A stretch of 64,000 nt of DNA from Candidatus Daviesbacteria bacterium (GTDB lineage: Bacteria > Patescibacteriota > Microgenomatia > Daviesbacterales > UBA10151), in NCBI GenBank assembly GCA_016184225.1, contig JACPDA010000004.1:343927-407926 (forward strand), written 5' to 3'. Position 1 is the stretch's first letter; each line of letters begins with the position of its first letter. The notes below the pieces were generated by a model that saw nothing but the letters and a program-made list of their open reading frames with translations, was not told the DNA's origin and ran no database searches. Shown piece after piece: positions 18,077 through 26,585 of the stretch. The position numbers and the translations under genes were made by a program.

Positions 18077-19601
18077 AAGGTTAATCATTACTATTTTAGT
18101 AATTTTATTGGTAGGTATATTCTATCGTCTCGCACTCACTACAGATGGGAATTTTCTTTTTAATATGGATAATGCACGGGATATGGTTGATGTCCGGGAA
18201 ATGGTAGTTTTACCTAAACTGCGGCTTATTGGTCCGACATCTGCTATTGAAGGTTTCTATAACGGGCCGGCTTGGTATTACTTATTAGCTATTCCCTTTA
18301 TGCTTTCCGGTGGTGACCCATATGCTTCAATCCTGATGGAGATAGGCCTTTGGGCCATAGGCGGCTTTTTTCTTTTAAAATTAGTCAGCAGATGGGGATC
18401 CTGGTTGGTAGTGCCGATAGGGATTATTTGGGTTGCCTCAAACTATATAGTTTTAACCAACCTTTACGCTTTTAATCCAAATCCGGTTACACTGCTTTCC
18501 CCCTTATTTATATATTTATTAGTTGAATACCTGGAAAAGAAAAAGGCAATCTATATAATCTCCACATGGTTTTTGGCAGGGTTATTTTTTAACTTTGAGA
18601 TGAATTTTGGAATATTTACGCCGCTAATAATACTGGCTAGCGTGATTTTAACAAAGAATATTAAACTGCTAAACCAAAAATGGTTTTGGGTAGGAGTTTT
18701 AAGCTTTATTTTAACCCTTATGCCACAAGTGCTTTTTGACCTAAAGCATCAATTTATTATGAGTAGGGCAATCTTACGTCATCTGTCTGAAAATTCCGGC
18801 TTAGGATTTCACCTCATAGATCGTTTCCAGATTATTGCCTCAAGTTTTTATAACACCTTTTTGCCCACACTGATGAACCATAAAATATTTACATCAGTAA
18901 TTTTAATTCTTTTTGTTCCGGTGATCTATGGATTTTTTAAAGCAAAGAAAAAGGAAACAATAGTTTATGCTAGCTTAAGTTTCATTTTTATTCCGTTTTT
19001 GGGCTATTTCATTTTACCGGTTACCGTGAACCCCTGGCACCTGGGAGGAGAGATGGCGGTCTCATTAATTCTGATAGCTTTTTTATTAAAGCATCTTATG
19101 AGCAGAGGGATACAGAATAAAATTATTTCATTGGCTTTGGTAGTTTTAATTGCTTGGTTTGGGTTTTTAAATATTATCAACTTTTTTATACAAGATTTTG
19201 GAAAACCTAATTTGGATCCTTCTTTATATAAAAACGAAATAGCGGCTGTTGATTATGTTTACAAAAAGGCAGAGGGGCAAAATTTTAAAGTTTATACTTT
19301 TATGCCGTCAGTTTATGATTATCCTTATCAATATCTTTTTTGGTGGTATGGCCGGAAAAAATACGGATATATACCAACAGAGTATGCATATGCTCCCAAT
19401 AAGCCCCAATATATTGGCAGTAAAGATAAATTCGAAGGGTCGAAAGAGAATTTTAGCGGCCTGGTATTTTTGATTAAGGAACCAAACAGGGGGCATGATT
19501 GGAAAAGCGGCTGGGAGGCGGACTATAGATTTATGGAGTTTTTATCCTCGGAAAAATTGGGAGTAATTGATATAGAGCTAAGGCGTGAAGTTACGAAATA
19601 A
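18069..19601 (+). CDS. GT-C-fold membrane glycosyltransferase
   Basis: FNMDNARD, LIGPTSAIEGFYNGPAWYY, FNPNP, PQVLFDLKH, multiple TM segments. Confidence 0.85.
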   Translation: MNKRLIITILVILLVGIFYRLALTTDGNFLFNMDNARDMVDVREMVVLPKLRLIGPTSAIEGFYNGPAWYYLLAIPFMLSGGDPYASILMEIGLWAIGGFFLLKLVSRWGSWLVVPIGIIWVASNYIVLTNLYAFNPNPVTLLSPLFIYLLVEYLEKKKAIYIISTWFLAGLFFNFEMNFGIFTPLIILASVILTKNIKLLNQKWFWVGVLSFILTLMPQVLFDLKHQFIMSRAILRHLSENSGLGFHLIDRFQIIASSFYNTFLPTLMNHKIFTSVILILFVPVIYGFFKAKKKETIVYASLSFIFIPFLGYFILPVTVNPWHLGGEMAVSLILIAFLLKHLMSRGIQNKIISLALVVLIAWFGFLNIINFFIQDFGKPNLDPSLYKNEIAAVDYVYKKAEGQNFKVYTFMPSVYDYPYQYLFWWYGRKKYGYIPTEYAYAPNKPQYIGSKDKFEGSKENFSGLVFLIKEPNRGHDWKSGWEADYRFMEFLSSEKLGVIDIELRREVTK

Positions 19602-20010
19602 TAATAGTGCGGTTTTGATTTTCTCCCTTTCTGATATTAATTTTAACAGCATCTAGCGGCAAAAAATCTTTTATTCTTTCTGCCCATTCAATGAGAACAA
19701 TATTATTTGGATCAGACCAAATTTCCAGCAGCCCCAGGTTTTTTAAGTCTGCTGCCTTATCCAGGCGATATAAATCAATATGATACAGGATTTTTCTGCT
19801 AAATGGGATAGTGTGCTGTCTGATTAAAACAAAGGTAGGGGAGATGATTTTATCTTTAATTCCCAACCCCTTTGCAAAGCCCTGAACAAAAATAGTTTTT
19901 CCCGCTCCCAGTTCGCCGGTTAAGGCAAAGACATGCTTTTTGGTTCCCCTGGCCAAATCTTCTGCTATTTGTTTTGTTTTATCTTCCGAGCTTGAAATGT
20001 ATTTTGCCAT
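19591..20010 (-). CDS. tsaE: tRNA t6A biosynthesis ATPase TsaE
   Basis: LTGELGAGKT, SPTF, HIDLYRL, LIEWAE. Confidence 0.97.
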   Translation of the reverse strand: MAKYISSSEDKTKQIAEDLARGTKKHVFALTGELGAGKTIFVQGFAKGLGIKDKIISPTFVLIRQHTIPFSRKILYHIDLYRLDKAADLKNLGLLEIWSDPNNIVLIEWAERIKDFLPLDAVKINIRKGENQNRTIIIS

Positions 20011-20899
20011 TTTTCTTTAAGTAAATATACCCTATTGATACTGTTCCCGCAAATATGAAGATTAATCCTATCCAGAGAAAAGGATTGGTTTGTTTTTGGT
20101 TTTTGACAGCAACTTTAGCTTCAGGAGTGGCAGAGGTGCTGACAGCAGCAATGGAAGCTATGCGATAATTTATTTCATTTGAATTTTTTGGTAGAGGGGA
20201 ATTTTCTGTTTTGTTAGAACTGGATATAGGTGTATTTTTTGGGGTAGGTGTGGGAGTGTTGGTTAGGGTTGCGGTCTTTTTGAGGGTTGCGGTAGGGGAA
20301 GGAGTTTTAATTGGGGTAGGTGTGGGGCTGGGAGTGGGGGTTGGAGGTGGGGTGGGACTAGGAGTAGGAGGAGGATCGCTTGCATTTTGAGAACCTGGTG
20401 TTGGGAAAGCTGCAATCCAACTTCCATCCGATTTTCTTTGTAATGAATTATTATCCCCAGCTGCTCCTAAGGCGGTTGAATAATTGATTTCATCTATTAT
20501 GTTTCCATTCGCTGTGTCTCTTAATTTTAGATTTTCCCCAGTATTTGATAGAGAAAACGAACTATCAAAAACTGTTCCTGAAAAATCCGGATGGTCTTGG
20601 AGGAATTGGGTATAATCATCAACGATGACAGCATATTGTTCGTTGGAGACGACGGCATTCCCTTGTTTTAGAGTTAATGTATGTTGTGTGACGCCCTCTT
20701 CAAATCTCCAATTAGTAAGGTCTACATCTGTACCTGTATTAAGTAATTCAATCCATTCTCTGTCGCTGTCAGAACCCTCGAGGTCATACATGATTTCATT
20801 GATTACAATTGAAGAAGCCAGAACAGGTTTTGCTCCAAAAAAGAGGAAAAGAAAAGCAAGAATAAATATTTTACTTCTCACCAACTTAAATAATAACAC
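19979..20899 (-). CDS. Surface protein with lamin-tail domain, Pro/Thr linker and C-terminal TM anchor
   Basis: Signal peptide, IVINEIMYD...DREWIELLN...LSNTGE...TPG, a (PT)n linker and a TM helix followed by basic residues. Confidence 0.85.
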   Translation of the reverse strand: MLLFKLVRSKIFILAFLFLFFGAKPVLASSIVINEIMYDLEGSDSDREWIELLNTGTDVDLTNWRFEEGVTQHTLTLKQGNAVVSNEQYAVIVDDYTQFLQDHPDFSGTVFDSSFSLSNTGENLKLRDTANGNIIDEINYSTALGAAGDNNSLQRKSDGSWIAAFPTPGSQNASDPPPTPSPTPPPTPTPSPTPTPIKTPSPTATLKKTATLTNTPTPTPKNTPISSSNKTENSPLPKNSNEINYRIASIAAVSTSATPEAKVAVKNQKQTNPFLWIGLIFIFAGTVSIGYIYLKKNGKIHFKLGR

Positions 20900-20913
20900 A
20901 GGGGCGCTTCGTG

Positions 20914-22083
20914 CTAGGGGATATGCCAGTACAAAGTCACATAATCACTGTTGTCGTGATCAACGACCACGCCCCTGCCTACTGTTCCGGTTAGATAGCA
21001 TGCGCTTGAATCTGAAAACTCATAAGCTACCCCGTCTGCTGCAGCCCTGATAGGAGTCCCGGCATATTCAGCTATATCCAATCCTTTATGCTGGCCCAAA
21101 AAGTATATTTCTCCAAATTTCGTGCTAATTTGGCCTGTCTTACAAGATGATCCACATTCGCTGCCGTCATAACTGGATAGAGGTTTTTCAAATTGTCCTG
21201 AATCTATAAAGGGTTTTGGATCAACTTTATTTTCGCGACCATTCACCGTATTATTTTCCACTTTGGCATTAGTCATGACTTCAAAATGTAAATGCGGTCC
21301 TGTTGAACATCCGGAATTGCCTACCACGGCGATAACCTCGCCTCTTTTAACAGGTCCTTTCTTGACACCGATACTGCCCAGTGCACGCCTGATAGAATCT
21401 GTATCTGCCCGTAGTTGGGCTATTAAAGACTGAAAACGGGCTTCATCATTTTTAGTAATCCTTAAAAGTTCTTCTTTGTCCCTTTTTTGTTGGGTAAGTT
21501 GTGTCTTATAAATTTCTAAATCCTTATTCAACTTTTCAGCCTCTTGTTGTCGCGTTTCCTTATCTTGTTTTTGGTCATTATAGGCAAACTTGGTAGCTTG
21601 CAGCTCATATAACTTTTTCTTATCATATGTCTGGGCTACTTGAATATACTTTAACCTCTCCAAAAGGTCGGCAAAGCCGTGGGATGAAAAAAGTAAGTCT
21701 ATCGCAGATACGGTGTTACTGTATTTATATGTTTGAACAATTCTTTTAAGTAGAATTTCCGATAATTTATCAAGAGTGGCACCAATTCTGTCAATCCTAG
21801 TAGAAAGGTCATTAATTTCCCTTTTGAGTTTCTCTATTTTTAAGTTTGTTTCCTCGATTTTTAAAGTGGTAACTTTGGTTTGGCCGTCAATAAGGTTAAG
21901 CTGGGAATTTAGAGTTTTCTCCTGGTTTCTGGTACCGGCAAGTTGGGCTTCCAGTTTGGCGATTTCAGCTTGTTTGTCGCGAAGTTGGTTGGCTAATTCG
22001 TCAGGTGACTCGGCATGGGCAGGGTACAGAAAGGAAAAGGTCAGAAAAATAAATGTTAAAAGAGCCAGTAATAACTTTTTCAT
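20914..22083 (-). CDS. Secreted coiled-coil M23 peptidase (EnvC/PcsB-like FtsEX partner) with permuted M23 domain
   Basis: Signal peptide, about 200-aa coiled coil, GNSGCSTGPHLHFEV followed by HKGLDI...GTPIRAAADG...TLYWH. Directly downstream of ftsX. Confidence 0.85.
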   Translation of the reverse strand: MKKLLLALLTFIFLTFSFLYPAHAESPDELANQLRDKQAEIAKLEAQLAGTRNQEKTLNSQLNLIDGQTKVTTLKIEETNLKIEKLKREINDLSTRIDRIGATLDKLSEILLKRIVQTYKYSNTVSAIDLLFSSHGFADLLERLKYIQVAQTYDKKKLYELQATKFAYNDQKQDKETRQQEAEKLNKDLEIYKTQLTQQKRDKEELLRITKNDEARFQSLIAQLRADTDSIRRALGSIGVKKGPVKRGEVIAVVGNSGCSTGPHLHFEVMTNAKVENNTVNGRENKVDPKPFIDSGQFEKPLSSYDGSECGSSCKTGQISTKFGEIYFLGQHKGLDIAEYAGTPIRAAADGVAYEFSDSSACYLTGTVGRGVVVDHDNSDYVTLYWHIP

Positions 22084-22098
22084 AGAACTTCATTATAT

Positions 22099-22144
22099 AG
22101 ATCCTTCGACTCGCTTCGCTCGCTCAGGATGACACTTCGTGTCA
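22099..22144. repeat. Intergenic palindromic element of the AGAT...ATGACA family plus an overlapping small hairpin
   Basis: AGATCCTTCGACTCGCTTCGCTCGCTCAGGATGACA (22099-22134). TGACAC-ttc-GTGTCA (22130-22144) overlaps the ftsX stop. Confidence 0.8.
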
Positions 22145-23014
22145 GATTTTCAGGTAACGCCTGACAGCTGCAAATGAGCCGAGACCTCCAACTAAAAGTG
22201 CCAAAGTTAAACTTCCGCCCAAAAGTCCCAACATAAATAGGGGGTTAACCGGGAGTAACTCCACTTCACCCAGATATCCTTGCAAAAATGGAGTGAAATA
22301 CCAAAGTGAAATATAAGAAAAAGCCCAAGCAGTAACCGCGCCTGCTATACCATAAAAGAGCCCTTCTAGGATAAATGGGTTTCTGATAAATGAAGGCGAT
22401 GCCCCTAAAAGCCGCATAATTTCTATTTCGGTTCTTTTTAATCTGATTTTAAAACCAATAATCATGACTATTACTAAGGTGGCAAAAACAAGTAAAAATC
22501 CGACAGTTGACCCTCCGACAATCCTGATGATCCTGGTGGCAGAAGTTAACGTTGCTACAACATCTTCCGGGATTATCACCTCAGATACCACAGGTTCCCT
22601 TTTTAAGATTTCTGCAATGGGTTGTAGATCCTCAGGGTTTTGGGTAGAAATTTCTAAAGAGGCCGGTAAAATATTGGCAGTTACAAGCTCAAGAAGGGCC
22701 GGGTCATTTTTGTTTCTTTCCCGGTAAATTTCAAGGGCCATATCTTTGGAGATAAATTTGGTTTTAGTAACCCTGGTTTCTTGAAGAAGGGCATCTTCTA
22801 TTTTAGATATGTCCTGGTCGGTGGTGCCTTCTTTGAAGAAGGCAATCGCTTGTGGTTTGCTTTCGAAGTAGCGCAGTGCTGTTTGGGATCCTGCTGCCAA
22901 AATTATGAAGACTTGAAGAGCTAAAAACGTTAAAAACATCACCATTGAGGCGGCCAGAGCCTGGAATGGAGTGCGCCTTATATTTCTTTTTGTAAACGTA
23001 ATTGCCCGACTCAT
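22142..23014 (-). CDS. ftsX: Cell division permease FtsX
   Basis: TM1, extracellular loop NILPASLEI, IRLKRTEIEIMRLLGASPSFIRNPFILEG. Follows ftsE. Confidence 0.95.
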   Translation of the reverse strand: MSRAITFTKRNIRRTPFQALAASMVMFLTFLALQVFIILAAGSQTALRYFESKPQAIAFFKEGTTDQDISKIEDALLQETRVTKTKFISKDMALEIYRERNKNDPALLELVTANILPASLEISTQNPEDLQPIAEILKREPVVSEVIIPEDVVATLTSATRIIRIVGGSTVGFLLVFATLVIVMIIGFKIRLKRTEIEIMRLLGASPSFIRNPFILEGLFYGIAGAVTAWAFSYISLWYFTPFLQGYLGEVELLPVNPLFMLGLLGGSLTLALLVGGLGSFAAVRRYLKI

Positions 23015-23017
23015 ATT

Positions 23018-23701
23018 TTAAGACTTTAGGTGATATTTCCCCTCTTTAGTATCACTTGAGACTTTGCCGTTTTTTAAAATTACAACCCGCCGTTTTAAGG
23101 TGTTAACAATTTCCTGGTTGTGGGTAGCCATCAAAATGGTAGTACCCCAGGAATTTATTTCATTTAAGAGTTGAATTACTCCCCAAGCCGTTTTAGGGTC
23201 TAAGTCTCCGGTTGGTTCATCTGCCAAAACTATATCCGGTTTGCCCACAATTGCTCGGGCAATAGCAGTCCGTTGGGCTTCCCCGCCGGATAGCTGCCTG
23301 GGAAACAAACCTTTTTTATCCCAAATCTCGACTAATTTTAAGGTATGTTCAACCATCTTGGCTATTTCTTCGTCTGATTTACCTTGTACTTCTAAAGTCA
23401 GGGCTACGTTTTCAAAAACTGTCATGTTGTCCAGCAATTTAAAATCCTGAAAAACTACACCCACTTTCCTTCGTAAATTCGGGACATCGCGATCTTTGAT
23501 TTTAGCAATATCAACCTGCCCCACCATGACTTTACCGCTTGTTGGTAAAACTTCCCTGGTCAGAATTCTAAGTAACGTGGATTTACCTGCGCCGGAGGGC
23601 CCGACTATAAATACAAACTCTCCCTGTTTGATCTTAAGTGTAATATCATCAAGGGCAGCGGTGGAGCCAAACTTTTTTGAAACGGTATCGAATTGAATCA
23701 T
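23018..23701 (-). CDS. ftsE: Cell division ATP-binding protein FtsE
   Basis: GPSGAGKST, LRRKVGVVFQDFKLL, LSGGEAQR, LADEPTGDLD. Confidence 0.96.
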   Translation of the reverse strand: MIQFDTVSKKFGSTAALDDITLKIKQGEFVFIVGPSGAGKSTLLRILTREVLPTSGKVMVGQVDIAKIKDRDVPNLRRKVGVVFQDFKLLDNMTVFENVALTLEVQGKSDEEIAKMVEHTLKLVEIWDKKGLFPRQLSGGEAQRTAIARAIVGKPDIVLADEPTGDLDPKTAWGVIQLLNEINSWGTTILMATHNQEIVNTLKRRVVILKNGKVSSDTKEGKYHLKS

Positions 23702-23725
23702 AGCGGGTATTAAGGGTACCTCGGA

Positions 23726-24148
23726 TTACTCGGTCTCTTCGATTCTACCGACATCCATTAACCAACCTTCTTTAAGAGCTTTCTGGCTTTCCCCAAAAAC
23801 TTTTACCTTTTTGCCTTCGTATTGCGAAAGATCTACTACGGAGGAAGTTAGTGCCACCGGAACACCGTCTTCCCTAACCAAAAGATGGGTGCCTTCCGTG
23901 TATTCTGCGTCTTCTGGTTGTGGTTTGGCTTTGATAGTACCCTCGGCAAAATCCCTAAAAGTACGGGTATCTTGTTGGGCGGTTTTTGCCTTCCCTGTTA
24001 CTAAGGAAGAAACTTGGGAGCCACTGTTTTTGGTTGAAAGTATGTATCCTGTCAGAGTGCCCAAAACTAGTGCCGCAATAACTACTCCTAAAATAGTGCG
24101 CAGGGGGTTTTCTACGCTTATGAGGGGTTTAGTAATTTTTTCTTCCAT
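23726..24148 (-). CDS. Membrane-anchored hypothetical protein with a small beta-rich (OB-like) extracellular domain
   Basis: N-terminal TM helix, then AEGTI...EGTHLL...LTSSVVDLSQYEGKKVKVFG. Confidence 0.7.
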   Translation of the reverse strand: MEEKITKPLISVENPLRTILGVVIAALVLGTLTGYILSTKNSGSQVSSLVTGKAKTAQQDTRTFRDFAEGTIKAKPQPEDAEYTEGTHLLVREDGVPVALTSSVVDLSQYEGKKVKVFGESQKALKEGWLMDVGRIEETE

Positions 24149-24184
24149 AATGTATATTAACCCACAAATTTAAGTATTTGTCTA

Positions 24185-24205
24185 CCCCCTCGACTGCGCT
24201 CGGGG
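24185..24205. repeat. Palindromic element immediately after the prfB stop
   Basis: CCCCCTCGACTGCGCTCGGGG. Its core resembles CCTTCGACT...CGCTCAGG of 22099-22134. Confidence 0.6.
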
Positions 24206-25318
24206 CTATAGCCCTCTAAGTTCTGCTTCAATAAAGGGCATTAAGTCTCCATCTAAGACTGCGTCTGTGTTGGAGGTTTCTACATTGGTACGTAAATCCT
24301 TGACCATGTGGTAAGGGTGCAAGACATATGAGCGGATTTGGGTTCCCCAGGAAGCCTGGGTTACCGTGCCTTTGAGTTCTTTTTTAAGCTCTGCGCCTTG
24401 CGCCTCTTTTGCAGCCCAAAGTTTGGCCATCAGGAGTTTCATGGCATTTTCCCTGTTTTGAAGCTGCGATCTTTCAGTTTGGGCAGTAACCGTCATTCCT
24501 GTGGGAATATGTTTTAATCTGACGGCAGTGGAAACTTTATTAACATTTTGTCCTCCTGCTCCACCGGATCTGAAAGCTTCAAATTCGATATCTCCTTCAT
24601 TAATTTCAACCTCCTCAGACCCGATTACCGGTAAAACTTCCACTAAAGCAAAAGAGGTTTGCCTTAGATTATCAGCATTGAAAGGGGATTGCCGAACTAA
24701 TCTGTGTGTTCCGGCTTCACCTTTTAAATAACCAAAAGCAAAGCTTTCATGTACAATCATGGAAACAGTCTTGATTCCGGCTTCCTCACCCGGATTTTCA
24801 TCTGTGACCTCAAATTTCCAATCCATCTTTTCAAAATACCTCTGATACATCCTGACTAACATAGCAGCCCAATCCATGGCTTCCACTCCGCCGGCACCCG
24901 AATGGACAGAGATAATAGCCTCAGAGCCGTCATGGGGTTTTGATAAGAATAATTTGAGTTCAAGTTTATCTAAGACTTGTTCTACCTCTTTGACTTCTTT
25001 TTTAAGATCCTCCTGCATGGATGGTTCTTCGGAAACTTCCAGGCAATTTTGAATCCTGGATTCTAATTCTTCTAATGTTTTCAGTGTTTTTTGTTTGTCT
25101 GACAGCTGACGACTGACCCCGATTGAATTGGGGCTGATAGCTGACGACTCTTGAGGGTTATTCCAAAAACCCTCTTTCATAGTCTGGGCTTCCAGTTCCC
25201 TGATTTCAGTCTGCAAATTCTCTCGGTCAATCGCCTGGCTAATTTTTTCAAACCTCTCTTTTAGTTCTTTTAGTTTACTGCGAAGCAGGGAGTGTGCTCC
25301 GTTTTGAATTTCTTCCAT
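24206..25318 (-). CDS. prfB: Peptide chain release factor 2, single ORF without a frameshift
   Basis: [25 protein letters not shown] (SPF is the RF2 specificity motif), [26 protein letters not shown]. Confidence 0.98.
   Translation of the reverse strand: MEEIQNGAHSLLRSKLKELKERFEKISQAIDRENLQTEIRELEAQTMKEGFWNNPQESSAISPNSIGVSRQLSDKQKTLKTLEELESRIQNCLEVSEEPSMQEDLKKEVKEVEQVLDKLELKLFLSKPHDGSEAIISVHSGAGGVEAMDWAAMLVRMYQRYFEKMDWKFEVTDENPGEEAGIKTVSMIVHESFAFGYLKGEAGTHRLVRQSPFNADNLRQTSFALVEVLPVIGSEEVEINEGDIEFEAFRSGGAGGQNVNKVSTAVRLKHIPTGMTVTAQTERSQLQNRENAMKLLMAKLWAAKEAQGAELKKELKGTVTQASWGTQIRSYVLHPYHMVKDLRTNVETSNTDAVLDGDLMPFIEAELRGL
25113..25137. repeat. 17-bp palindrome flanked by 4-bp direct repeats, in-frame inside prfB
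   Basis: CTGA-CCCCGATTGAATTGGGG-CTGA. Confidence 0.75.
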
Positions 25319-25383
25319 GGGGAAATTATATCAGGAATTGCGCATAATGTTTGTAAATGGCACTTGTGTGCTATATTAAGCTT

Positions 25384-26577
25384 ATGAGTGAAGGCAGCTC
25401 GACTTCTGAAGAAGTACAAATAACGAAACCTGTCATTTCAGGTGAATCGGTAAGAGCTACTCCCCGATCGCGGATTTCCAGATTTAGCCAATGGCTGAGA
25501 AATTTTGGTAAAGGGGAAAAGCCTCCAAAAAATGTTCAACTAGAATCTACGGAAACAGAGCAAACTAAACCTGCTAGTAAAGAACCAGCTATTTTGCCTT
25601 CAAGACAAGAAGAGCGAAAGGTTGTGGTAAAGAATATTGCAAATATTCTGACAGATAAACTTAACAAAGAGAGCAATATTGTGCCTCTTCAAGTTGAGAA
25701 TATGGGAGTAGCAGCGATTGGAGGGACTAATGAAACTGTTTCCAGGGGATTTTTTGAAGCTATACGAGTCAAAAATCCTGATGGATATCTTGTAGGAGTG
25801 GGTGTCGGCAATGTTTTTACCCTTCTCCATTGTTTTCCGGAAGGTACACTTCCAAAAGGAATTATACTTGCCGATGTTGATCCGGCTGTAATAGCAATAG
25901 GAAAATTGATGGTTAAAAAGCTTCGTGAATCTGAAACTTTTGAAGAGTTTGATCGTCAAGTTCACGGTTTGTCCGAGGAAGAATTTATCCGAGAAATTCA
26001 AGAAATAGTCAGAGAGGAAGAAAATAGTATCCTTACAAAACGTTTGGATTCTTTATCAAGAGAGGATTGGACTAAGGTTTGGAGGTATACAGCAAAAAAT
26101 AAAGATGATGCATCTTTGTATAAATATTGGAATCCGGAGCAATACGATGGTACACCGTATCAGGGTGCACCAATCAATGTTATAGGTGCCATGAAGGAAA
26201 GATTCTCCGTTTTGAAGCAACTGGCAGATTCTAATAATATCGCTTTGGTCTATGCGGATTTTACTAATTCATCCTTTATTGATGCTGTGAGAGAGTTACC
26301 GGAATTCTCAAATTCAACCAATATCATTTATTTATCAAATATCATTGATCACATCACCGGGCGGGGGTATCAATTTGGGAATGCTAAAGTCATGGAAGTC
26401 TTGAAGGCGTATGAAAACTCTACTAAGCCACCCGTCTTTGTAGATACACTACAATCTTTAAACTATTTTTTGAGAGTTAGAAATGCGTTACCGGTTTATA
26501 CCCACGAAGATTTGATGATGCCGTTACCAAAGCACGGGGTTAAACCTGACGGACTGATATTCGCAGATACGGTTTAA
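25384..26577 (+). CDS. Hypothetical protein, possible Rossmann/SAM-methyltransferase-like fold
   Basis: Strand pattern YLVGVGVGN / IILADVDP / LVYADFT / IIYLSNIID. ATG 25384 lies 6 nt after TGcTATATT. Confidence 0.5.
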   Translation: MSEGSSTSEEVQITKPVISGESVRATPRSRISRFSQWLRNFGKGEKPPKNVQLESTETEQTKPASKEPAILPSRQEERKVVVKNIANILTDKLNKESNIVPLQVENMGVAAIGGTNETVSRGFFEAIRVKNPDGYLVGVGVGNVFTLLHCFPEGTLPKGIILADVDPAVIAIGKLMVKKLRESETFEEFDRQVHGLSEEEFIREIQEIVREEENSILTKRLDSLSREDWTKVWRYTAKNKDDASLYKYWNPEQYDGTPYQGAPINVIGAMKERFSVLKQLADSNNIALVYADFTNSSFIDAVRELPEFSNSTNIIYLSNIIDHITGRGYQFGNAKVMEVLKAYENSTKPPVFVDTLQSLNYFLRVRNALPVYTHEDLMMPLPKHGVKPDGLIFADTV

Positions 26578-26585
26578 ATGTTGAC

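Noticed and set aside
20230-20375. G-rich repetitive tract
   Set aside because: It encodes the Pro/Thr linker of the lamin-tail protein and is not an independent DNA repeat.
25099-25149. 16-bp near-direct repeat around the prfB palindrome as a long target duplication
   Set aside because: The 35-bp spacing would break the frame if it were the insertion unit. The 4-bp duplication model (21 bp) restores normal RF2 spacing.
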